From sequence record PV292302.1: a DNA stretch of 64,000 nucleotides. One strand, 5' to 3'. The position numbers and the translations under genes are program-made. This document shows, in pieces, positions 8,395 to 19,368 of this stretch (positions are counted from its first letter, which is position 1; each line of letters begins with the position of its first letter). A model generated the notes under the pieces. That model did not search any database. It had not been told where the DNA came from and worked only from the letters and a program-made list of their open reading frames with translations. This DNA comes from Escherichia phage Jgk1.

Positions 8395-11004
8395 ATGCAA
8401 GTTGCAGATTCACGTCAGTTAACCACCTCAGCAACCCTGGGTGGGCAAGAAGCTATTTCCTTTGGTATCTCGGAAGACCCGGCATTCTTTCAAATCCTGA
8501 GTTCATCCCTATATAACAACCCAAATCTGGCAGTAGTCCGTGAGACTATCTGTAACAGTTGGGATGCTCATATTGAAGCAGGATTACAGCATGTACCTAT
8601 CCTAATTCACCTGGATGAAGATGGCTTCATTCGCTTCCGTGACTACGGTAAGGGCATCCCTACCGATAAAATCGGTGAAGTATACGGCACTTATGGTGCA
8701 TCAACTAAGAAGGCCAATACTGCAACCACTGGTGGTTTCGGTTTGGGCTGTAAGTCTCCATTTGCTTATACGGATAGCTTCCAGGTTACTTCTATGAACC
8801 AGGGTAAGATGTCCATTTATAACGTTACCAAGTCTTCTATTGAGACTAATGGTAAACCGGGCATCATCCCAATCATAACTGGAGTAGATACTGACCAGAC
8901 TGGTCTGGAAGTTAAATTCCAGATTCGCAATGAAGATGTTAACGAGTTCGTTCGTTACATTGAATCCATCGTTTATAACGGCGAGATTAAGGCAGTATTA
9001 CGTCGCCGTGTATTAACTACTCCTGGCGAAATGTCAGAGCAAGACCGTGAATTGCCTGTATTAGGTATGTCTTTTGAGCCTGGTTCATTTGACTTCTCAG
9101 GCACATGGCATCGTAATTACATGGGTAGTCACGCTGTATATGTTCGTTATGGTAACGTCATGTATCCAGCTACCCAAAGCCCAGCTACTGAAGAAGCTCT
9201 GGGGTTAATCCATAACTTCATGAACATCATTGGTGCTTCTCGTATTGTTGTACAAGCTGCACCGTCTACACTGGCTATTGCCCCAAGTCGTGAAACGCTA
9301 TCAAACCAGAAAATGACAGATGATGGTATTACTGATATCTGCGTTAATCTGGTAGATAAACTGGAAGCTTTGTGTAAGGAAAAAATTCCTGAAGCTATTA
9401 AATACATTGAAAAATGTATTAAAAAGGATACCAGTTATAGCTGGTATGGATATCCTAACTTCCTGTATTATCTCAACGACCACATGGTTCGTGGATACAT
9501 GGCATCTAGTTTATGGTCTAAACAGTATAAGCATTACCTTAAGTACTGGGAAAACCTTTCCAATAAACGATTCTTTGAACAACCTGAGTTCCAGGGTTTT
9601 AACTGGAACCAGAACAAAGCAATGAAAGCTCTGCGTAAATCTCGTAGTGGTGGAAACACACGTCCATTGTCCAAATTCTTGCAGCGTTACGCTGTATTAC
9701 CAACACTGGCTAAGTGGGCAACTGCTGGGCATGTGTTCTCTGGATACATCATTGGGCAGGGAATGTATGGTTGTGCTCTATATAAGTACAACATCAGCCA
9801 CTGGCTAAAGCACGCTAGTACTAGCAATATTCTTGGGCTGTTAAAAACCAAGAACGTTGTGATTACACGTCGTATGTCTGACTGTGCTGAATCCTTTGAC
9901 TTCTTCCCTGAATATCACGGTAGTCAATGGCGGGAGGCTTGCGAAGAAAACCCTGGGCATGTTTATAACAAATCTGCCTTAGTAATCCATGTGGGTCCAA
10001 AGGAAATTTATGCTACAGAAGCTGTGGCTAAATGGTCTGCTCTTGGTTATCGAGTTATCGACTTAACCCAAGATAATGACTGGGATGAACCAGCAAAAAT
10101 TCGTAAAAACATTGCCAAGGTAGCGGCTGCTGAGCGTGCTCGTAAAAAACAAGCATTATTAGATGCAGGTATGAAAGGCTCAGAGCCTAACAGACTGATA
10201 TCTATTAATTGCTTAATTGGTGAACGTCTTTATATCAATAATGACCGTAAAACTGCCACTATGCCCTGGATTTCTTATGACTATGCTGCACCGGAAACAT
10301 GGAAGAAAAATAACCATGTGGACGTACCGGAACCAGTGTATTACGTAACTCAGAAGGACATTTACCAAGGTAAGCCGAAAGACAATCCTAGGATTGGCTC
10401 TATGCATACCTGGAATGACCTAACGGAAGAAGTTCGTGCTGTAACTATCATTTGTCGTAATAAGACTGAGATTAACAAAGCCGTTAAACGTGGTGCTGTT
10501 CATCTTGATGATAAACGTTACAAAGAGCTATTTGGTGTAATTACTACCAAAAAGTTCAAAAAGTACGTAACAGAAGAACGTTTAGGCTTCCTGGGATATC
10601 TGAACATGGATAGTGGTGAATGGCATGAACTGTTAAAGATACTGGGTATCAAACATAAAGTCCTCGACTCTATGGTTGACCGTCCAGAGTTTAACTGGGC
10701 TTACGATTTCTTGAATAGCAATCGCTATTATGACCGTGAAAAGTTAGTTCAAATGAAACTGATGGACAATACTGATGGACTTGCTCCATACGTAACGTTA
10801 ACTCATCTGAAGTCATTTAAGCACTTACAAACACTGTGCGATTTAAAAGGTATCTTCCATAGTAGTGAAGTGGGAGGACCATTGTATGGCACTTCCATAG
10901 AAACTGTATTGGATTGGGTTAAAAAACACCCGGAAGATATTCCGGCATATAAGACCCTAATTCGTAATGCAATCACCAAACGTAAAGGTATATACATCCG
11001 ATGA
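8395..11004 (+). CDS. rIIA: rIIA-like protein (GHKL-type ATPase fold)
   Basis: N-terminal Bergerat-fold N-box-like motif LAVVRETICNSWDAHIEAG; 869 aa; followed by a coupled large partner ORF; GGAGAG RBS. Confidence 0.5.
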   Translation: MQVADSRQLTTSATLGGQEAISFGISEDPAFFQILSSSLYNNPNLAVVRETICNSWDAHIEAGLQHVPILIHLDEDGFIRFRDYGKGIPTDKIGEVYGTYGASTKKANTATTGGFGLGCKSPFAYTDSFQVTSMNQGKMSIYNVTKSSIETNGKPGIIPIITGVDTDQTGLEVKFQIRNEDVNEFVRYIESIVYNGEIKAVLRRRVLTTPGEMSEQDRELPVLGMSFEPGSFDFSGTWHRNYMGSHAVYVRYGNVMYPATQSPATEEALGLIHNFMNIIGASRIVVQAAPSTLAIAPSRETLSNQKMTDDGITDICVNLVDKLEALCKEKIPEAIKYIEKCIKKDTSYSWYGYPNFLYYLNDHMVRGYMASSLWSKQYKHYLKYWENLSNKRFFEQPEFQGFNWNQNKAMKALRKSRSGGNTRPLSKFLQRYAVLPTLAKWATAGHVFSGYIIGQGMYGCALYKYNISHWLKHASTSNILGLLKTKNVVITRRMSDCAESFDFFPEYHGSQWREACEENPGHVYNKSALVIHVGPKEIYATEAVAKWSALGYRVIDLTQDNDWDEPAKIRKNIAKVAAAERARKKQALLDAGMKGSEPNRLISINCLIGERLYINNDRKTATMPWISYDYAAPETWKKNNHVDVPEPVYYVTQKDIYQGKPKDNPRIGSMHTWNDLTEEVRAVTIICRNKTEINKAVKRGAVHLDDKRYKELFGVITTKKFKKYVTEERLGFLGYLNMDSGEWHELLKILGIKHKVLDSMVDRPEFNWAYDFLNSNRYYDREKLVQMKLMDNTDGLAPYVTLTHLKSFKHLQTLCDLKGIFHSSEVGGPLYGTSIETVLDWVKKHPEDIPAYKTLIRNAITKRKGIYIR

Positions 11005-13106
11005 AAACTGAAATGTTAACCATCATCGCACTTGCCGTTGATTCCCGTAATCTGACAATGTGGAAACCTGACGGCTACACTGTCATTATCCCACAGGGCG
11101 ACCATCGAGTCGCCCGTATCGTAGCTGAGGCTAAAGAGAAAGGGCTACGCCCAGGTCATCCTGTAGATGTAGATGTTGCTGAAGTTGCTACTATACGTAC
11201 TGAGTTCAACGATGCAGAGAAGAACACTAACGGCCTCGTTAAGTTCTTCAAAATGGCTAAGTCCAAATTCCTGGAGTTTATTCAGGATGGTACAGGCGAG
11301 GATATTGCACCCCTGGTTCCAAATATTAAGTTGGGTTCCCCAACCGAACAATTGGTAACCAAAGCAGTAGATACGTTCGTAGCTGTAAGACAAGCTGTTA
11401 AACCCGTTGAGGTAACTGAAGTAGATGGTGATTACGATGTTCGTAATAACATCATCTGGGTTACTGGTTTTGACAAAAACCATGACCGTGTTTCGCTTAT
11501 CCGCTTCATCATGGACATTACTAACCGTAATACGGAAGATGCTGGACTATTAGCTAATACAGAGTGGCCTATTGCCCTGGCATCGGTAAGTGATGACGTA
11601 GCATTTGAGTACAACAAACGTGCTCAGCAAATCAATGGCGTTAAGTTTATCATTACTGATACAGACACTACACCTGAGGCGTATGTCGAACCAGTAATTA
11701 AAGCCCAACCTGGTGCAAAACCGCAGGTAACTAACAAAGATAAGCTCAATGCTGCATCTGAAAAGCTGCAAGCACTGGGTGCAATCGGCACTGATAATGC
11801 AGACTTCCATAAAGATGTTAAGGCAGACGAGGTTGTCGTTGCTGTTACCCCTGCTGGTGTAGTTCCAGGTGTTGAAAACCTTCAACGTCACCTACGTCAG
11901 GCATCTAAGCTGAAAGATTATAAAGGCTTTAACCGCTTCCTTGAGCGTCTGGCTCCAGTGGTTAAAAACCGTCGTCACTCAGCGGAAGACCTGATGAAGT
12001 TCATGGAAACAGCAGAATTGCCTATTGCAGATGATGGCTGCATTCTGTTCCTGAAACGCCTTAAATACAAACACACAGATGATAGTGGTCGTCGTGTATT
12101 TGTGGATTGTCACTCCGGTAACATCCGTCAGTGGGTAGGCTGTAAGGTACAGGTACGTGAAGACCTGGTAGACCCAGACCGTCGACGCGACTGTTCTAAC
12201 GGCCTCCACGTAGCATCTATGAGTTACATTACTGGCTTCTCTGGTGACGTTACTATTCTCGGTAAAGTTGCACCAGAAGACGTATTTGCTGTGCCAGAAT
12301 ACAGCACTAATAAAATGCGTGTATCTGCATATCACATCCTGGCAGAGCTACTTGAAAAAGAACGTGTAAACGTTAATTCAGGTACGTATCTGTCCAAGAC
12401 TGATGTGGGCAAAGTACTTCTGAATAACGCAATCGTTGGTAACCATAAATCCCCTACTGACCTTGTTGTAGTAGGTGGACATAATGGTAGCAACCTGACG
12501 TATACAACGTTATCGCAAGTGACTCAGGAACAAATCCGTACTGTTGCTTCTAAAGAAGCAATCAATATGGAAGAGAAACTGAACGACGTACTTGCTGCTG
12601 AACCAGTGACACCTGCTGATGTTAAACCTGTAACTGAAACCTCGGTTGAAATCAAACCGCCTAAGGCTCCTACTGTGAAAGAACAAATCTTGGAACTTGT
12701 AAAAGAATTCCAAAATGCAACTTCTCCAGAAGATAAGTTAGCTGCTGCTGACTTGCTGGTAGAACTGCGTGGTAAAGCTAAGAAACCGTGGGGTGCATTC
12801 GGCGTTGATAGTTCAATCGTTGAACGCATTGCTACTGTTCGTGCAATGCACCAAACCCCTGCTGAAGCAAAAGCTAAAGCTGAACCAGTGAAGGTAAGTA
12901 AGCCTAATAAGCCTGCTGCTAAACCTGGTAACGGTAAGCACGCTGATACTATCCGTAGTTGGCTCAACGATAGTGGCATGTCTGATTATCAGAAAGCTCA
13001 TTCTATCCATGACCTGAAACGTGCTGCTAAAAAGTCATACTTTGCACTTGGTCTGTCTCCAGACGAAATCAAAGCTATTGACAAGCTTAAACATCACCTG
13101 AAGTAA
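11001..13106 (+). CDS. rIIB: rIIB-like protein (putative)
   Basis: 701-aa ORF with ATGA overlap to the rIIA-like gene; assignment by synteny only. Confidence 0.3.
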   Translation: MKTEMLTIIALAVDSRNLTMWKPDGYTVIIPQGDHRVARIVAEAKEKGLRPGHPVDVDVAEVATIRTEFNDAEKNTNGLVKFFKMAKSKFLEFIQDGTGEDIAPLVPNIKLGSPTEQLVTKAVDTFVAVRQAVKPVEVTEVDGDYDVRNNIIWVTGFDKNHDRVSLIRFIMDITNRNTEDAGLLANTEWPIALASVSDDVAFEYNKRAQQINGVKFIITDTDTTPEAYVEPVIKAQPGAKPQVTNKDKLNAASEKLQALGAIGTDNADFHKDVKADEVVVAVTPAGVVPGVENLQRHLRQASKLKDYKGFNRFLERLAPVVKNRRHSAEDLMKFMETAELPIADDGCILFLKRLKYKHTDDSGRRVFVDCHSGNIRQWVGCKVQVREDLVDPDRRRDCSNGLHVASMSYITGFSGDVTILGKVAPEDVFAVPEYSTNKMRVSAYHILAELLEKERVNVNSGTYLSKTDVGKVLLNNAIVGNHKSPTDLVVVGGHNGSNLTYTTLSQVTQEQIRTVASKEAINMEEKLNDVLAAEPVTPADVKPVTETSVEIKPPKAPTVKEQILELVKEFQNATSPEDKLAAADLLVELRGKAKKPWGAFGVDSSIVERIATVRAMHQTPAEAKAKAEPVKVSKPNKPAAKPGNGKHADTIRSWLNDSGMSDYQKAHSIHDLKRAAKKSYFALGLSPDEIKAIDKLKHHLK

Positions 13107-13168
13107 CAGCCTGTTCAAGAACCCTCAGTTGAAATATACTGAGGGTATCTTTGAAGAGGAAATGTACT

Positions 13169-13573
13169 ATGTCTAAAGTTTTTCGTTCTAATCGCAAAGC
13201 AACTGATGACGACATCATTAAAATGAATGCCGTTGGTCTATCCCTAGCAACTATCGCAAAGACATTGGGGGTTCACCCTACAACAGTTACTTTGCGATTA
13301 CGTTCTCTCAATATTGAACCTGCTGACACTCGTCGCACATTCATGGAGAACGTGTTACGACCCATGCCTACCCATGTAGCAGACTGGCTTGCAGAGCAAG
13401 TTGGTCCACAGTATGAGATTCGCTCTTACGTTCGTGATTTGCTCATGGAGGCCTACAATAACCGTGATAAATACCAAGAGAGTGCTCATGAGCGATTCCT
13501 TAAACGATACGCTGGTACAAACTCAGAACTGGTTTCTGAAGGCAGTGCCAACTCCGACCCAGAAAAACATTAG
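13169..13573 (+). CDS. putative HTH DNA-binding regulator
   Basis: helix-turn-helix-like segment GLSLATIAKTLGVHPTTVTLRL; ATG at 13169 with GAAGAGGA RBS. Confidence 0.4.
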   Translation: MSKVFRSNRKATDDDIIKMNAVGLSLATIAKTLGVHPTTVTLRLRSLNIEPADTRRTFMENVLRPMPTHVADWLAEQVGPQYEIRSYVRDLLMEAYNNRDKYQESAHERFLKRYAGTNSELVSEGSANSDPEKH

Positions 13574-13943
13574 TACCCAGATTGGTTGCCATCTGGAAGA
13601 AGTAGAAGAAATGCTTCAGACCATTTATCCAAATGGCAATTACGATGCAGAATTGCTGCAACGTGCACAAGATGCCATTACAAATCTGGCAAACCATATG
13701 AAACGTAATGACGATGCCTATCGCATTGACGTTAGTACGAACCTGCTGGATGCACTGGTAGACCAAATTGTTACAGCAACTGGTGTTGGTGTTTTCCTGG
13801 GCATGAATGTCCCTGGAGCGTTGGCAGAAGTCAATCGCTCAAACTACTCTAAGTTCGAAGATGGGGAACCTATCTTCAACGAAAACAAGAAAGTTATGAA
13901 AGGTAAGGATTACACTCCACCTGACTTAACACCATTCATCTAA
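13488..13943 (+). CDS. MazG-like nucleotide pyrophosphohydrolase (putative)
   Basis: EEVEEM acidic motif and C-terminal ...EVNRSNYSKFEDGEP...KGKDYTPPDL; start ambiguous between 13488 and 13611. Confidence 0.35.
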   Translation: MSDSLNDTLVQTQNWFLKAVPTPTQKNISTQIGCHLEEVEEMLQTIYPNGNYDAELLQRAQDAITNLANHMKRNDDAYRIDVSTNLLDALVDQIVTATGVGVFLGMNVPGALAEVNRSNYSKFEDGEPIFNENKKVMKGKDYTPPDLTPFI

Positions 13944-13965
13944 ACCCTCTACGGAGGGTTTTTTA
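13943..13965 (+). terminator. rho-independent terminator
   Basis: stem ACCCTC/GAGGGT followed by TTTTTT. Confidence 0.55.
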
Positions 13966-13977
13966 CTGGAGAAGTAG

Positions 13978-15288
13978 ATGTTTTCCAAATCCACCAAGCT
14001 ACCCCTGAACCAGGGGCAAGAAGCTGTAGCTAAGGAATTCTTTGATTTCCTGCTAGACCCTAACGCCACCGAGTTCAACATTTCTGGGCCTGGTGGTACT
14101 GGCAAGACATTCCTGATGTCTCATCTTATTGATGACACTATGCCAGCCTATATGGATACTTGTTCCATTATGGGGACTAAGCCGTTATACAACGAAGTTG
14201 TTATGACAGCTACTACCAATAAGGCTGCTGAGGTACTGGCTCAGGCTACTGGGCGTCCTACGTCCACATATCACTCTTATCAGGGACTGATTGTTAAGAA
14301 TGACTTTAAGACTGGCGAAACTAACATCGCACCATCTAAGTCATTCGCCATCAAGAAGAACAAAATCATCTTTGTAGATGAAGCTTCTATGATTGACCGT
14401 CAGTTACTGAAATATGCCCGTGAGGGTACTCATCAGAGTAAACTAGTATTCGTAGGTGATGCCAGTCAGTTACTTCCAGTAAAAGAAAATAAATCCCCAG
14501 TCTATGCAGGTAATATCCCAACACACTATCTGACACAGCAGATGCGTACCGATAGCCCAGAACTGAAAGCATTGCACCAGCAATTGCGAGATACAGTTAA
14601 TGGCGTAACGGGATTCCTGCCAATCAAGTGTATCCCTGGGATTATTGACTGGGTTAATGGTGAGGAAATGGAAAAGCTTGTGCTTGAACATTTCTGTAAC
14701 CATACCGATAGCCGTATCGTGGCTTACACCAATGACCAGGTTATTAACTACAATAACTACATTCGTGAAGCTAATGGCTATAAAGGTGAGTACTCCATCG
14801 GGGAAGAACTGGTATCCAACTCTGCTGTTAAGCTGGGGGTTGATGACCGTTTGTCTATTGAACAGGACGTTAAACTCATCGACCAGGACAGCAGTACTCG
14901 CATGATTCGTGTCGTAAATGACATCGAACTAGAAGTGCGAGATAGTACTCTTGACCTGGGTTATGGTGGTATTGTCAGTGAAGTACCAGTACCAACTGAC
15001 CCCGACTACTTTAACCGTCTGGTTAAGTGGTTAGGCAAGGATAAAAACTGGGAACCATACTTCCGTATGAAGGAAACTATTCCTGACCTCCGAGCTACTC
15101 ACGCCTGTACTGTTCACAAATCACAAGGTTCGTCTTACGACACTATTTTCATTGATGCTTCCGACCTCTCAAGTTGTCGCCAACCAGATATGGTTGCTCG
15201 TCTGCTTTACGTCGCAGTATCCCGTGCCCGTAAACGAGTTGTGTTCTACGGTGAACTGGCTCAGAAATATGGTGCTTTAACCTTCTAA
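13978..15288 (+). CDS. SF1 DNA helicase (Dda/RecD-like)
   Basis: Walker A GPGGTGKT, Walker B FVDEASM, C-terminal VHKSQGSSYD motif. Confidence 0.7.
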   Translation: MFSKSTKLPLNQGQEAVAKEFFDFLLDPNATEFNISGPGGTGKTFLMSHLIDDTMPAYMDTCSIMGTKPLYNEVVMTATTNKAAEVLAQATGRPTSTYHSYQGLIVKNDFKTGETNIAPSKSFAIKKNKIIFVDEASMIDRQLLKYAREGTHQSKLVFVGDASQLLPVKENKSPVYAGNIPTHYLTQQMRTDSPELKALHQQLRDTVNGVTGFLPIKCIPGIIDWVNGEEMEKLVLEHFCNHTDSRIVAYTNDQVINYNNYIREANGYKGEYSIGEELVSNSAVKLGVDDRLSIEQDVKLIDQDSSTRMIRVVNDIELEVRDSTLDLGYGGIVSEVPVPTDPDYFNRLVKWLGKDKNWEPYFRMKETIPDLRATHACTVHKSQGSSYDTIFIDASDLSSCRQPDMVARLLYVAVSRARKRVVFYGELAQKYGALTF

Positions 15289-15297
15289 GGAGGACTT

Positions 15298-15828
15298 ATG
15301 CCACAAGTAGGAACTACTACCATCAATCAAATTGCTAACAGCAGTGAGATTGTTAAGCATCTATTCTTTGCTGAACTTACCCGTCTGGATGGTGTCCTTA
15401 ATGGCATCATTGACAAGAATGACCGTACTTACGGTATTGACGTATCAGCAGGATTTATGCATCAAGGCGAATTCTATCAACGTACTAATGCCTCCAGAGC
15501 ACCTACTGCTGGGGAGAGACTTGCCCTTAATCCTGCCCTATGGTCAGCAATGGACAAGTATCTTAAAGCTGCCAGTAAGTTGATTATGGAAGTGCATTTA
15601 GTTAACCAGACAGTCTATCGTCTGGTTCGTGGATGTATGTCCTATCAGGACGTGCGTGATGCTTTACCTGAGTGTCTGGTTGTTCAAGACCAGACGGGAA
15701 ATTATAAAGGGCTGCCTCGTACTCGTGAAGCTGCATGGACTCTTCAAGGCGATGCTATGGCATTAAGCCAGTATAAGAAAGTGCTGCCTGCTATCGAGTA
15801 TTACGCTGCTGCTCACTTAATTTTCTAA
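15298..15828 (+). CDS. hypothetical protein
   Basis: 176-aa ORF between helicase and DNA polymerase. Confidence 0.45.
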   Translation: MPQVGTTTINQIANSSEIVKHLFFAELTRLDGVLNGIIDKNDRTYGIDVSAGFMHQGEFYQRTNASRAPTAGERLALNPALWSAMDKYLKAASKLIMEVHLVNQTVYRLVRGCMSYQDVRDALPECLVVQDQTGNYKGLPRTREAAWTLQGDAMALSQYKKVLPAIEYYAAAHLIF

Positions 15829-15837
15829 GGGAAAGCT

Positions 15838-18417
15838 ATGCGTCACATTACCTCCCAGGATACTGGTAAGTATCCAATTGCAATTCTAAGTACCCGGCTT
15901 GACCGTAATGAGATGATTAAGACCTATCTGTCACCAGATGGGCTTAGCATGGAAGATTTTATCTTCCTTGAGTTACATTCAGCACCGGGTAAGAAGAAAA
16001 CTCCTGCCAAGGAAATGAAGGAGTTTATCGAGCAAGAGTTGCAGGCTGTACTTGATACAGCAGAAACTCAATACATCATTTGTACCGATTCAGATTACTT
16101 CAAAACACTGACTAAGGAAGCAAAAGCAGAAGCTAACTTAGGTTACATCTGCGATTCGGTGTGGGGTAAACAGAAGGTTATCTATGTCCCCAACTACAGG
16201 CAGGTCTTTTATGACCCCCCAGTCGTTCGGGCTAAGATTAAACAAGGAATGGATGCATTGCTTGACCACATTCGTGGGCAGTATGCAGAACCAGGACAAG
16301 GAATTATTGAGTTCGAGGCCTATCCTCAAACACCGCATGAAATTAAAGCCTGGCTTGACCAGTTGCTTGAGATGGATAAGCCACTGGCTATAGACATCGA
16401 ATCCTTCGGTTTAAAGCACTATAACGCAGGCATAGGGACGATTACATTCTGCTGGAGTAAGACACAAGGCATTGCCTTTAACGTTGACTACGAGCCGATT
16501 CCTGGAGCTACAGAAGCACCATACGGTCGTAGAGTAAGGAACGATATTGTTCGTAACTTACTAAGAGACTTCTTCGTTAAGTACATGCAACGGCAGATGT
16601 ATCACAATATCAGCTATGACGTATACATATTGATTTACCAGCTATTCATGAACAACCTGATTGATACGGGTGGTTTACTGGATGGTATGGATATCATGCT
16701 GCGTAATTGGGACTGTACCAAGCTGATTACGTACCTTGCTACAAACAGCTGTGCTGGCAATCACTTAAGCCTAAAGGAACAAGCACAAGAGTATGCTGGT
16801 AACTATGCTCAGGATGATATTAAGGATATTTGTCTCATCCCGAATGACCAACTGTTGCGTTACAACCTCATAGATGGTCTGTGTACCTGGTACACCTATG
16901 AGAAGCACTGGGATACCCTGATTGCTGATGACCAATTAGATGTTTATACAAACATCTTTAAGCCTGCGTGTGAGGACATTATCCAGATGCAACTTACCGG
17001 AATGCCCATGAACATGGACACGGTAAATGAAGTTGCAAAGGAAATGGAAACTGACAGGAACCAGGCACTGAAGACTATCCAGAATTCCATTCTGGTTAAG
17101 AACTTTACCCTGCAACTCCGTCAGGAATGGGTAGACGATAAGAATGCTAAGCTGAAGAAGAAGAGAGTAACACTAGCTGATTGTGACCTGGAGTTTAATC
17201 CTAATTCAGGACCACAACTGCAAAAGCTGCTATTCGAATTTATTGGTTTACCCGTATTAGGGCAGACCAAGAGTAAGCAACCTGCAACTGATGGGGATAC
17301 CATCAAAGCTCTGCGTAGCCATACTAGCAATAATGCAGATAAGGAATTACTAAATGCACTTATCGACTATAAGCTCGTGGATAAGATTATCACTAGCTTT
17401 ATACCAGCTTTCAGGAATGCCCAACCGGGACCGGATGGCTGGCACTATCTGTTCGGCAACCTCAATTTGGGAGGTACGGTATCTGGTAGACTTTCCGCCT
17501 CCGAACCTAACCTACAAACAATCCCATCTGGTTCTAAGTACGCCAAAGCAATTAAACGTTGCTTTGAAGCACCACCTGGCTGGATATTCTGTGGATTAGA
17601 TTTTGCTTCACTGGAAGACAGAATCTCTGCATTGACTACAAAAGACCCACAGAAACTTAAGGTATATACCGATGGTTATGATGGTCACAGTCTACGTGCA
17701 TATGCTTACTTCGGTGAACAAATGCCTGACATCGTAGACACAGTTGAGTCAATTAATTCCATTCAAGAGAAGTACAAGCACTTGCGTGGAGACTCCAAAG
17801 CCCCAACATTCTTGCTTACCTACGGTGGCACGTATATGGGCTTAATGAAAAACTGCGGCTTCCCTGAAGACAAAGCCAAGCTAACAGAGAAACGTTATCA
17901 CGACCTTTATACGGTAAGTGATGCATGGGTTCAGGCTAAGCTAGATGAAGCTGCCAAAGTAGGTTATGTAACTGCTGCATTTGGGTTGAGAGTGCGTACT
18001 CCTTTACTGGCTCAGGTATTACGTGGGACATGTAAGACCCCATATGAAGCAGAGGCCGAAGGTCGAACTGCTGGTAACGCATTAGGACAAAGCTGGTGTT
18101 TACTTAACAACCGTGCTGGTTCCGAATTTATGCGTAAAGTCAGGAAGAGTGAATTCCGTCTGGATATCAGACCAAGTATTCACATTCATGATGCCCAGTA
18201 CTTCATGATTCGTGACAACATGGACACGTTGCAGTACACGAATAAGCATCTCGTTGATGCAGTTAACTGGCAGAACCACCCGGATATTGCTCATCCAGAC
18301 GTTGGTCTGGGTGGAGAATTATCCTTGTTCTACCCAACATGGAAAGATGAAATAGTCATTCCAAATTACGCTTCAGAAAAAGAAGTGTTATCTACAATTC
18401 AGAAGGCATTCGCATGA
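15838..18417 (+). CDS. family A DNA polymerase with 3-prime to 5-prime exonuclease domain
   Basis: 859 aa; N-terminal exo region (AIDIESFGL), motif A-like GLDFASLEDRI, motif B-like KAPTFLLTYGGTY; AAGGGA RBS. Confidence 0.8.
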   Translation: MRHITSQDTGKYPIAILSTRLDRNEMIKTYLSPDGLSMEDFIFLELHSAPGKKKTPAKEMKEFIEQELQAVLDTAETQYIICTDSDYFKTLTKEAKAEANLGYICDSVWGKQKVIYVPNYRQVFYDPPVVRAKIKQGMDALLDHIRGQYAEPGQGIIEFEAYPQTPHEIKAWLDQLLEMDKPLAIDIESFGLKHYNAGIGTITFCWSKTQGIAFNVDYEPIPGATEAPYGRRVRNDIVRNLLRDFFVKYMQRQMYHNISYDVYILIYQLFMNNLIDTGGLLDGMDIMLRNWDCTKLITYLATNSCAGNHLSLKEQAQEYAGNYAQDDIKDICLIPNDQLLRYNLIDGLCTWYTYEKHWDTLIADDQLDVYTNIFKPACEDIIQMQLTGMPMNMDTVNEVAKEMETDRNQALKTIQNSILVKNFTLQLRQEWVDDKNAKLKKKRVTLADCDLEFNPNSGPQLQKLLFEFIGLPVLGQTKSKQPATDGDTIKALRSHTSNNADKELLNALIDYKLVDKIITSFIPAFRNAQPGPDGWHYLFGNLNLGGTVSGRLSASEPNLQTIPSGSKYAKAIKRCFEAPPGWIFCGLDFASLEDRISALTTKDPQKLKVYTDGYDGHSLRAYAYFGEQMPDIVDTVESINSIQEKYKHLRGDSKAPTFLLTYGGTYMGLMKNCGFPEDKAKLTEKRYHDLYTVSDAWVQAKLDEAAKVGYVTAAFGLRVRTPLLAQVLRGTCKTPYEAEAEGRTAGNALGQSWCLLNNRAGSEFMRKVRKSEFRLDIRPSIHIHDAQYFMIRDNMDTLQYTNKHLVDAVNWQNHPDIAHPDVGLGGELSLFYPTWKDEIVIPNYASEKEVLSTIQKAFA

Positions 18418-18710
18418 CCAAAGAAACCGTTATCAAAAAGTATCACTGGATGGTATCAGCACAAGTAGTATTCGTTCTTCCTGACACTCAGGAAGGTAGT
18501 GTTATTACCATGAACACTATGCTACTGACAGATGAACCAGTGGTTAACTATAAGGACATGGCACGAGCACAGCATAGTCTGCGTGTAAGCCTTGACCAAC
18601 GTTTCGATACTGCCGTTGACCTGAAGGACATTGTATTCCTGGCCTTCTCCAACCTGGGTCTGATGTCAGAGCCGGAGTTTGATGCAGGCATGACTGTTAA
18701 AGGTAAATAA
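18414..18710 (+). CDS. hypothetical protein
   Basis: 98-aa ORF coupled to the polymerase stop. Confidence 0.4.
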   Translation: MTKETVIKKYHWMVSAQVVFVLPDTQEGSVITMNTMLLTDEPVVNYKDMARAQHSLRVSLDQRFDTAVDLKDIVFLAFSNLGLMSEPEFDAGMTVKGK

Positions 18711-18711
18711 C

Positions 18712-19368
18712 ATGTCAAAACTCTCCGGTGGACTCAACAACTGGTATGTAGTACCAGTTAAAAATCCCCAGCGGAAAGAGCAAGAGCCATATCAGGCTGA
18801 ATGCGAGGATATCATCCAAGCACTGGGCATGACCTTCGATGAAGGTTGCGCCTTTAAAGCTCTATGGCGAAATGCTGCTGCCCGTATGGGTAATGGAAAA
18901 CCTGGTAATACTGCCGTCTATGACGCAGAGAAACTTGTGCACTATGCCAACCGTATTCTGGCTAAAGAAAGGATTGCTACGATTGTAGCTCCATTTTTCG
19001 AATCAGAAGGAACCTGGTTCACTCCCAACCACGGACATGACCTATTGCCCAACATCCAAATTGAAGTCGAACACTTCATTGGGGGCAAGTCCATCTTGTA
19101 TATGCAAGATGCCCAGTGGGACAACGTTAAGCGATTCCGATACATCAACGGAGTACCTGAACGTCAACCAGAAAGTGGTGACGGAAGCCGACATGTTTCG
19201 GATAAAGCAAGAGATAGTGGCTGGGTTTACCATAACCACCAGCCACAAGTCACCCAACCATACCAGGATGTTGAAGTGGCTTACCGTAATGGTAAGCGTC
19301 GTATTTATTTCAATATTAGTGATGTGAATTGGGAAACGGTCTACAAATACAGGATTAACTACTCATGA
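18712..19368 (+). CDS. hypothetical protein
   Basis: 218-aa ORF. Confidence 0.45.
   Translation: MSKLSGGLNNWYVVPVKNPQRKEQEPYQAECEDIIQALGMTFDEGCAFKALWRNAAARMGNGKPGNTAVYDAEKLVHYANRILAKERIATIVAPFFESEGTWFTPNHGHDLLPNIQIEVEHFIGGKSILYMQDAQWDNVKRFRYINGVPERQPESGDGSRHVSDKARDSGWVYHNHQPQVTQPYQDVEVAYRNGKRRIYFNISDVNWETVYKYRINYS

Noticed and set aside
1-8400. N4-type vRNAP hairpin promoters (short stem, 3-nt loop) in early intergenic regions
   Set aside because: The hairpins found have 4-7-nt loops followed by T-runs and look like terminators. I could not recall the promoter consensus well enough to call any.
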